Sequence record: MZ475897.1 | Direction: 5' to 3' (one strand) | Length of the DNA: 64,000 nucleotides | Shown: positions 19,502 to 27,700 of the stretch, in pieces | How the letters are laid out: each line of letters starts with the position of its first letter | How positions within the stretch are numbered: the first letter of the stretch is position 1 | Program-made: the position numbers and the translations under genes | Notes under the pieces: generated by a model | The model's input: only the letters and a program-made list of their open reading frames with translations | What the model was told of the DNA's origin: nothing | Databases searched by the model: none

Positions 19502-22500
19502 TTCTTCGTAATCCTCTTGACTGCGTTCTTGAGGAGACTGCGGCTGATTTTGATTTTCTTCTTCGCATCACCAGCAGCTGCGGCAGCTTTCTTGGCCTTC
19601 TCTTCGGCTTCGTATGCTTCCCACTGCTTGATGTTCTTCGGAAGTTCTTTCTTCCACAGATCGATGTTCTTCTGATCTTTCTTGGTCAGAGGATTCACTT
19701 TGCCCATAGAACGAATCTTGATGCCATTAGCCCACAGTTGCTTCTGCATCCACGTGGACATGAGATGGTACTGGTCTTCCATGATGCTATCAAGTTTCTT
19801 ATCGACGTCGAGGTCAGCTTCACCCAACTCATCACGCTTCTGCTCAAGGCCAGCACGAATATGCTTCCTGAGTTGTTCGTAAGAGAAGTCCCAGCCTTCA
19901 ACGTCTTTCTCTGATGCACCGATCTCAAAGTCGATCTCAGGCACAGAGGTGAACTCAAACCCTGGATGACGTTTCTGTACAAGTTCGACCACTGCACTTG
20001 TCATGGCACGCTCAATCATATCAAGCGCGAGGAAAATCCAATCATAGTGACAGTCAACGGTCAAGGAGTCATGTACCGATACGTTCATATCAAAGTCAGG
20101 ATAGACACCGTTTGCTTTCCAGTACTCAAACTTCATGCGGTCCAGAATACGAATCGCACTCATCATCAAGTCAGAACCAAAGCCCTGAACTGGACTGTTT
20201 ACCGCACGACGGTTACATGCAGCATGAACCATGTTCGCGTCTTTATGCGACTCAGGTAACATGAAGCCCCACAGGTAACGACGACGACCAACAGGCGATT
20301 CAACGAAGAAGTTCTGATGAGCAAAATTTTGAATCTTATCGAACCACTTCAAGCCGACAGGGAAGCGTTTAAGGAACTTGCCTTTGATCTCTTCGATCTC
20401 ACCAACTTCACGTCCTGTTGACTTCGCAAGACCTTTGTTACCCTGCTGGTAGATCAGACCGAAGATTACTGTTTTAACCGCGTTACGTACGGACTTTGTT
20501 ACATCCATTACGTTTGGAATACCGAAGAAGTATGCGGCGTTAATCTTATGCACGTCACCTTCTGCTTCTACGCGGTGTTTAATCCACGGGTCTGGCACGG
20601 TACGATAGCGATGACGTAGCTCACGACCTTGTTCGAATACGTCTGCTACGCCTTGGTCGCCTGAGATGATTGACCAACCTCTAACTTCGTGCGCTGAGTA
20701 GTCGACCTTGATTAACAGGCGATTCTTACGCGCAATCAGAATACGTTTGATCAACTTACCCATCTCGCTACGACTCGGAACCTGTTGCAAGTTCGGGTCA
20801 GATGCAGATGTACGACCTGTCACAACTTTTAGATAGCTGTACGTTGGTCGAATCGAACGATCATGCTTGAAGTCCTCACTCTCGCCCCACAGCTTGAGAA
20901 GGCTGTTAACGTAGGCGTTCTTGAGTTTGTACGCTTTACCTAACTTTGTATACAGCGCAACAAGAGGAAGTTCTTTGTACGCCTCTTGGAAGTCTTTATC
21001 GAGCTTCGCAGACTTCTTACCGTTATCACGGAGTTGCTCACCTTCCTTGAGAGGCTTTAAGCGCATCACATCGATGAACAGGATTTGCTTATGCTCCTGC
21101 TTCGACATATCGAACTTCGTGACCTCGACTTTGCCCATAAGACCCATCTTAGGAACATTGTCGTCTCGGCATATCACGGCGTTCGCTGCTTTGACCTCAG
21201 GACTCGACATGAACTCGCGTTCAACGTTTCGAATCTCTTCATTGATTGGACTGTTTGGCAGGTTGAGCTTAAACAGGTAATCAATGTCAGCACCAGCGCC
21301 TGTTGTTTCCAAGACACTGAACGCATGAATCTGGTCGGAGATTTGCTCACCCACCAGCGACTCATACTTCGTGTACTTGCTATCGACGCCACGCTTAATC
21401 TGAGACAGATAGATGCGGAACGGAACGATAACGTCAAGCCCAGCATACTCCTGCACAGCTTCGTCAAGGTCAGAGTCGGCGATTGTCGCACGCATCTCCT
21501 TACCAAACGATACTTCGTGATAAACAGTCGTACCGTACTGCATTGCGAGGTTGGCTAAGTTGTAATAGCCTTGGCCCGTAACGGTCAACAGCGACTTCGC
21601 GTTTTCATCGTTACCAAACTCACCTGCTTGAATATCCCAGACGTCGGCGCAATAACTACGAATGCCAAAGTTGGAACGCATTACGTTCAGGTCAAACTTC
21701 GCATTCGTATAGATCTGAACCTTGTTGTCGTTGTCTTCGAAGTAGTCACGGAACATATCACTAATTCGACGCAACTCTTTACCGCTGAACGGACTGTCTC
21801 TGTGATAGATTGGAATCACATAGGCCGTCTCACCGTCGCACGACAACTGCACGGTCTGAATCTTGTTTTTAATTCGATTCAGGTTCTCGGTTTCTGTATC
21901 GACTGCGACCAGCTTAGCACGCTTCATCTTTTTCAAGATCTTTTCAAGCTGCTTAACTTTGGTCACATACACCAGCTTCCAGTTGCGGTCTTTACCGCAG
22001 GTCACTGGCTTAATCGCATAACGCATACCCTTGTTAAGCCACGGCAACATCCAACGTGCCATGTAACCCAGAGTATACGACGATGCGTTTATCACAGCAG
22101 GGTTCAAGACTGTGTGATAACTAACGTTCGGCAGATGGATGAAGCTGTGCTTCTTGCCATCGTGCTTGAGCTTGGTGGGTATCTCAACTCCGTACCAGTG
22201 CTCATAGTGTTCTTTTGAATACTGAATCCTTTCATTGTTGAGCGCCTTGAACGGAGCTTTACCAAAAGTCAGAACGTAGTCTGGCTTGTAGTCAACAATC
22301 AGATCCCGAATACGATCAGCAAATGCTTGGTCAGCATCTTCCTTATACTGCTCAGACTTATCATACGTCTTGAACATGTTGTAGCTAACAACGAGGAAGT
22401 TCCAATCGTCTAACGTGGTCTTTGTCGGGAACACGTCTTCGAGATACTGCATCTGATTCAGGAACAATTCGCCTTCTGTGCTGCTAAAGATCTTACCGTT

Positions 22501-22662
22501 ACGCAGGTCCTCAGTTGGCATGTGATCAAGGACAAGTAGTGCTTTACCGCCTTTGGCGCTTTTACTAACGCCTTTTAAAATACGAACCCCGTCATAAGTC
22601 TGCACGTCGGCAAACTGTTCAGGTGGATCGAAGTCAAGAGCAACGTGCTTGATTTTCACCAT
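19498..22662 (-). CDS. polA: Family A DNA polymerase with N-terminal uracil-DNA-glycosylase-like domain and 3'-5' exonuclease
   Basis: 1054 aa; Exo I VDTET, Exo II NAKFD, Exo III YAGLD; TGRTS; motif A DYSAHEVR; motif B RNAVKTVIFGLIY; NSPVQG; motif C VHDS; N-terminal PDYVLTFGKAPFKAL pattern of family-4 UDG. Confidence 0.93.
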   Translation of the reverse strand: MVKIKHVALDFDPPEQFADVQTYDGVRILKGVSKSAKGGKALLVLDHMPTEDLRNGKIFSSTEGELFLNQMQYLEDVFPTKTTLDDWNFLVVSYNMFKTYDKSEQYKEDADQAFADRIRDLIVDYKPDYVLTFGKAPFKALNNERIQYSKEHYEHWYGVEIPTKLKHDGKKHSFIHLPNVSYHTVLNPAVINASSYTLGYMARWMLPWLNKGMRYAIKPVTCGKDRNWKLVYVTKVKQLEKILKKMKRAKLVAVDTETENLNRIKNKIQTVQLSCDGETAYVIPIYHRDSPFSGKELRRISDMFRDYFEDNDNKVQIYTNAKFDLNVMRSNFGIRSYCADVWDIQAGEFGNDENAKSLLTVTGQGYYNLANLAMQYGTTVYHEVSFGKEMRATIADSDLDEAVQEYAGLDVIVPFRIYLSQIKRGVDSKYTKYESLVGEQISDQIHAFSVLETTGAGADIDYLFKLNLPNSPINEEIRNVEREFMSSPEVKAANAVICRDDNVPKMGLMGKVEVTKFDMSKQEHKQILFIDVMRLKPLKEGEQLRDNGKKSAKLDKDFQEAYKELPLVALYTKLGKAYKLKNAYVNSLLKLWGESEDFKHDRSIRPTYSYLKVVTGRTSASDPNLQQVPSRSEMGKLIKRILIARKNRLLIKVDYSAHEVRGWSIISGDQGVADVFEQGRELRHRYRTVPDPWIKHRVEAEGDVHKINAAYFFGIPNVMDVTKSVRNAVKTVIFGLIYQQGNKGLAKSTGREVGEIEEIKGKFLKRFPVGLKWFDKIQNFAHQNFFVESPVGRRRYLWGFMLPESHKDANMVHAACNRRAVNSPVQGFGSDLMMSAIRILDRMKFEYWKANGVYPDFDMNVSVHDSLTVDCHYDWIFLALDMIERAMTSAVVELVQKRHPGFEFTSVPEIDFEIGASEKDVEGWDFSYEQLRKHIRAGLEQKRDELGEADLDVDKKLDSIMEDQYHLMSTWMQKQLWANGIKIRSMGKVNPLTKKDQKNIDLWKKELPKNIKQWEAYEAEEKAKKAAAAAGDAKKKIKISRSLLKNAVKRITKK

Positions 22663-22701
22663 CTAGTCCTATCAGAGTGTGTAACACAATATGATGGCTG
22701 T

Positions 22702-22710
22702 TATTTACAG
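22702..22710 (-). promoter_or_regulatory. Motif A CTGTAAATA
   Basis: Exact motif 40 nt upstream of the polymerase start, immediately after a terminator. Confidence 0.7.
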
Positions 22711-22723
22711 ATTTAGAAACGAG

Positions 22724-22747
22724 AAAGGGCAGCCGAAGCCACCCTTT
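22724..22747 (-). terminator. Rho-independent terminator with cUUCGg loop
   Basis: AAAGGGTGGC-TTCG-GCTGCCCTTT. Confidence 0.8.
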
Positions 22748-22763
22748 GTGATTTAACAGAGAC

Positions 22764-23930
22764 TTATTTTGCAGTGCCCTTGACAGCGGCGACGAATGCA
22801 GCGAACGCTTTATCGAAGTCGTTGAACGTACCCAACTGCTTAGCTTTGCGGTTATCTGGGTGTCCGTGAACAACCTCTTCAATGTGCTCACCGAACTTCA
22901 CGCTTGCCACAGTGAATTTACCTTTGCCCATGATATCCTTGTAGGAGAATTTCATGTCAGCGCTTTCACCGAAAACGATAGCAGTGTTCGGGCCGTCCGG
23001 AGACGAGGTGTAGAAGTAGAAGGAATCGCCTGAACCGTTGTCGCCAATACCGCCGATAGCGCGTGGTGGAATCTTTTTCAGGCCAGAGAACTTAGCGATA
23101 CGCTTACCTGCCAGCACATCATCGCCGTCATCTTCATCAAACAGGTTACCGAACTCAACCATGCTGTGGACGTTTACGTTAGTCGCAGAGGCCACAGGCG
23201 TCTTGCCATGGTTCTTGTTGATTGCTGCCTTGATGCCTTCAAAGTCATTGAATGCGAAGGACTTATCATCAACGCCAGTGTTCAGACTAAGAATCCATTT
23301 GCCTTTGCTTGTGCCGTTGTAGGGGTCGTCAAAGGTCAGGTGAACGCTAAGCTGACCGACATGCCCGTCCATTTCCCACTCTTCACCTGGCTTAGACTTG
23401 AACGACTCACCGCGGTTGTCAATACCGTAAGTCAGTTTTTCGAGACCGAGAATGTGAACCAGTTTATTTGTGAAAGCAACACGCTGTGCGTGCGTCATCT
23501 TACGCAGGCCGGCAGCCGTCACATCACCGATGGCAGATTGGTCAACAGCAGACAACTGCTTAGCGGCACCGCGCTTGGTTGTAGCAGCAACAGCGTTACC
23601 CGCAGCAGGTTTGATTTTGATTGCACGCAGTGCGTTGATGGTAGCCACCAGCGTCTTCGCTTTGTACAGGTTGCGCACAGCGGTCACGAGGGTTTTACCG
23701 GCAGCTTTCTTGGCGAGGCTCTGAGTAGCAGCTTCGTCTTTCAGCAGTTCCAGCAGCGTAGACAACTTAGACGTGTCCAGCTCTTTGATCTTAACCAGCT
23801 CCTCCAGACGCTTGATAATCACGGCAGCGTTCTTCCCAAACAGGATAGCCGCGTTAGCCAGTTGAGGCTTAGTCGCAGATTCAGACTTAACCGTCTGCTC
23901 TTTATCCAGATTCAATTTAATCAGTGACAT
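22764..23930 (-). CDS. Lys/Ala-rich putative internal virion protein with MSLIKLNL...SESA leader
   Basis: 388 aa; N-terminus matches those of 42372..43493 and 43504..44505. Confidence 0.6.
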   Translation of the reverse strand: MSLIKLNLDKEQTVKSESATKPQLANAAILFGKNAAVIIKRLEELVKIKELDTSKLSTLLELLKDEAATQSLAKKAAGKTLVTAVRNLYKAKTLVATINALRAIKIKPAAGNAVAATTKRGAAKQLSAVDQSAIGDVTAAGLRKMTHAQRVAFTNKLVHILGLEKLTYGIDNRGESFKSKPGEEWEMDGHVGQLSVHLTFDDPYNGTSKGKWILSLNTGVDDKSFAFNDFEGIKAAINKNHGKTPVASATNVNVHSMVEFGNLFDEDDGDDVLAGKRIAKFSGLKKIPPRAIGGIGDNGSGDSFYFYTSSPDGPNTAIVFGESADMKFSYKDIMGKGKFTVASVKFGEHIEEVVHGHPDNRKAKQLGTFNDFDKAFAAFVAAVKGTAK

Positions 23931-23939
23931 GTTAAGTCC

Positions 23940-24494
23940 TTACTTGCGGTTTTTAGTCCAGTTAGAATTTTGAGGTTTCTTTTCGCTTTGTGGCGAAGTG
24001 TTCTCCTCGTTAATCTCTTCCTCCTCGTCCTCATCTTCGTCCTCGACGACAGGCTCAGCAGCAGGCGCGGCTTCGATCTTAGTCACTTCGAGAATTTGAG
24101 AGGGCAGTGGATTCTGATTTACAGATGAAGCGACAGCAGCAGGTTCGCTTACTGTAGGCTCTACAGCAGCGGTCGCACCTACAACATGTTCGTGGACGAT
24201 CTGCTTAGTCAGCAACGCGCCTTTCTCAGCGAGAATCTGATCAGCACGTTCTTGGTCCCACTTAACCCACAGGATATCGAGACCCTTGTGTGCGTACATG
24301 AAACCCTGAGGCAGCTTGCCACGACCGTTGAACGGCAGGCCGTTAGAAGGAACGCCTGGCTCGAACTCGTCCATCAGTTCCCACTTACGTTTAGCCGTGA
24401 TACACTTCGGTCCCCACACGCCATCACATGCACCATCGTACAGATCGAGCATGGTCATGATGACTTGGAGCTTCTGATAGAATTTATTCAGCAT
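23940..24494 (-). CDS. Protein with N-terminal peptidoglycan-binding-like (PG_binding_1) domain and acidic tail
   Basis: LQVIMTMLDLYDGACDGVWGPKCITAKRKWE fits the LQ..L...G.Y.G..DG.[FW]G..T..A...[FW]Q pattern; C-terminal EDEDEDEEEE. Confidence 0.55.
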   Translation of the reverse strand: MLNKFYQKLQVIMTMLDLYDGACDGVWGPKCITAKRKWELMDEFEPGVPSNGLPFNGRGKLPQGFMYAHKGLDILWVKWDQERADQILAEKGALLTKQIVHEHVVGATAAVEPTVSEPAAVASSVNQNPLPSQILEVTKIEAAPAAEPVVEDEDEDEEEEINEENTSPQSEKKPQNSNWTKNRK

Positions 24495-24756
24495 CTTTCT
24501 TTTTCTCCGGACGAGGGACGTCTTTGCCGATGATACGTTTGAACAAACGCAGAGCCATAACAGCTTCGGTTTGAGCCATGCGAGATTGCTGCTGGAACTG
24601 CATCGGATTTTCTTTCATCCAATCAACTACACGCTGCAACTCACGCGCAGTAATCAGCTTCTGCGCCAGCTTACCTTGAAGGTACACACGAACACCAGTA
24701 GTCGAAATCTTCGCTGCACTGGTGCTCTCTGCCAAATTGATCACAATCTTAGTCAT
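24484..24756 (-). CDS. Small basic protein with MTKIVINLAESTSA leader
   Basis: 90 aa; AGGA RBS. Confidence 0.65.
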   Translation of the reverse strand: MTKIVINLAESTSAAKISTTGVRVYLQGKLAQKLITARELQRVVDWMKENPMQFQQQSRMAQTEAVMALRLFKRIIGKDVPRPEKKKDAE

Positions 24757-24768
24757 TGTCTTTTCCTT

Positions 24769-24792
24769 AAAAGAAAGGGGCCGAAGCCCCTT
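24769..24792 (-). terminator. Rho-independent terminator with cUUCGg loop
   Basis: AAGGGGC-TTCG-GCCCCTT-TCTTTT after the SNF2 gene. Confidence 0.8.
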
Positions 24793-24795
24793 ATC

Positions 24796-27700
24796 TTACA
24801 CTGACTTGTCTTTCGACGCAGTGAGTTTCAGTTTGGTCAACGCAGCCAGACACTGTTTCATGTTCGGGATGCTGTAGCCAGCTTTCTGAATACGGTTGAT
24901 ACGCGCTTTCGCACCAGCAACGTTCTTCACGAAGCTAATCCACATACCAGATGACAGGCTGAACGTACCGAACTTACGAGTGTTCGGGATTTTCGTTCCC
25001 ACGAAGCGTTTCACTTTCGGGTTAGTCGCTAGGTCGAACATGATACGCAGACGATCTTCCATCACCATCGGATATGCTTTGATGTGCTTAACATCTTTCG
25101 CAGAGGTGTGACGAATCTGGAAGAACTGTTTCAACTGCGACTGTGCCTTAACAGCCAGCTGGTAGTTGAAGCTCAGCTTAGGCGTAGACTCATCGAAGAA
25201 GTCCTGAACGAACTCCAGACGGCGAGAGGACGGACCGTCAAAGTCCAGCTTCTTAGCCTCGATGAAGTCCAAGAACTTCTCAAAGTCAGAGTAGTACGCG
25301 CAATCGATATACACGTAATCCCCGAACTCGGTGAACTCGAAGTCCTTGAGCGCTTTCGCATCTGGGTCGGTCGCATCTGCGTACAGAGCAACGAAGCCGT
25401 TGTACACTGTAGGCGTCAGTTCCAGAGACATATCGGTACCGTCGTCCAGTGTAACAGCAGCGCCACGAACAGCCTTGCGCACTTTGTTGTCCAGCGGAGG
25501 AAGTTCAGCAGCCTTACGACGACGAACACGGGCAGCTGCCTGCTCTACGCCCTCGTTGATTGGCTTACCTTCTTCTTTGTTCGCTTTACGTTGAGTAACG
25601 CGGGCGTTCTTACGCTCTTGAGCCTCAACTTTCTTCTCGGTTGCTTTCGAGTCGGCAGTTTGAGTCTCATCGGTCACGGTGTCTTCGACTTCAACGCGCT
25701 TGGCTTCTGCTTCAACACGCTTACGGTCTTTAGCTGTCGCCCACGGCTTACGCACTTCAAAGAAGCGTTTCAGATCAGCAGGAGATACCTTACCAGCGTA
25801 ATGCACTTTGTTCGCAGGCACAGTAACGATTTCCTCGCCACCAGCAAGACGAACACGCACGGTACTGATAGGGCTGTCAGCACGCAGCTTACCGTCAGCA
25901 GTACGAACCGTAACGCTCACGATGATACCGTTACCGAACTCAGTCACAACAGGTGCACGGTTCAGCGCGTCCTTCACGTTCTCACCTGAGGAGAAGTTCT
26001 GGTTGCGTGCCCAATCGAGCAGACGTTCCAGTCCCCAGTTATGACGGTCTGGGATCTTCTGGTTCGCAACGATAGGTACCTGCTCCATGATACGGAAGTC
26101 ACGCAGAGCCGGAGTGGCAGGCAGCGGCTGCATTGCTGCAATCGTTGTCTTACGCATCTCTTGGAACTCTTGCGCTTCAATATCGTTCAGGTCACGCTTG
26201 GCCAGGAAGTACGGTTTAAAGTCTTCCATCGTGTTGTTATCGATCAACAGACTTGCATTCATCTTGATTGGAGCAAGCTGATACTGGTCGAGTTTTTCGT
26301 AGCGCTGGTTACCTTTCTCGTCGAAACGAGTTTTCTCCAGCGTCTTCCACATCAGACGTGCAACCTTACCTACTTCAAGAGTCTTGTTCGTCATCACCCA
26401 ATCGATGAACACGGCTTCGCGTTTCATATCGCCGGGCTTACCGTTCTCATCAAGCACGGCAGCAGCAACGTCAGGACGGAAGATACGCGCAGTAGACTGA
26501 TCGTATGTACCTGGAGACCACGGGGTGTCACAGCGAATGATACGACTACCCATCTGCATGTTGTGGCCTTCACTGATTGCCTGTTCGTTAGCAATCAGAA
26601 TCTGCACACGGTCATCGGTCTTGAACGCGTCAAGGTTGGCCTCTTTGTTCTGGCCTAACTTACCGACTTCACCGTGATACACAACAGCGACCTTCTTGTA
26701 GTTCTCAGGCAGAGAGTTATAGATTGCGTTTGCAGCACGCGTGTAGCGAGTGAACACAATCAGCTTGCCCTGAACCTCTGGCTTCCAGTAGTCTGGGTCT
26801 TCCGGAGGTGGAACCATTGAAGGCGGCAGTGTTTGACGCTGGAACTCTTCGGACTGCTTACGTGCCAGATACTTCTGACCCTGATAGACAGCCATGTCAA
26901 GTTCACGAGGAGTAACGCCCTGCGTCCAGTTGAAGATTTGCTGCTCTTTGACCATCGGGTCACGTTCAGGCTGCACTTCAAAGTGCTTGCGAATACGCTC
27001 GATGATAGTCAGGACTTTTGCAGAAACGAACTTGGTGACACCAGCGTTTTCAAACGTCAGACGAGCAACGTCATCGCCCATCGGGTCTGTCAGCATCATC
27101 TCCATGCGCTGGAAGTACATGTTGAGGTCGGCGTTACCTGCGAGCAATGCGCCCAGGTCATCACCTTCTTCAATATCATCTTCATCAATGTCGTCAGAGG
27201 CCGTAGTTTCTGCACCGTCCTCTTCGTCATCCTCACCCGCAGATGCAGCACGGCGTTTGGCGTTGTTAGCAGCTTCCTGCAACTTCTCCAACACCTGAGC
27301 ATACATCGCGTTATACACCTCTTGGTGCAGCGATGAGTTAGGCACAGTCGGGTCATCAATCTCAACCTGAATGAAGGTATCGATTGGGTTCGGCAACATG
27401 AACGCCCAGTTCTTACGCTTGAACGAGATGAACGCCGTGTGGTTAGACATACGCGAGTGAGCACGACGAATCATTTCAATGTCATCTTTCGCGCCGTCGT
27501 ATGCAACGTCGAGAGAGTCACCGAACATCGCAGGCGTCATCAGTGCAGCCTGACCAACAATGTCACGCACGCGGTCAGTTACCAGAGTACCAGTAGCGAT
27601 ACGCGCATAGCGAACAGATGGTGCGGTGAATACTGCTTTGGTGTTGAAGTGCACCTGAGAGCCAGACTGGCCGCCAGAGAAGTTCTTAACCTTGTGCGAC

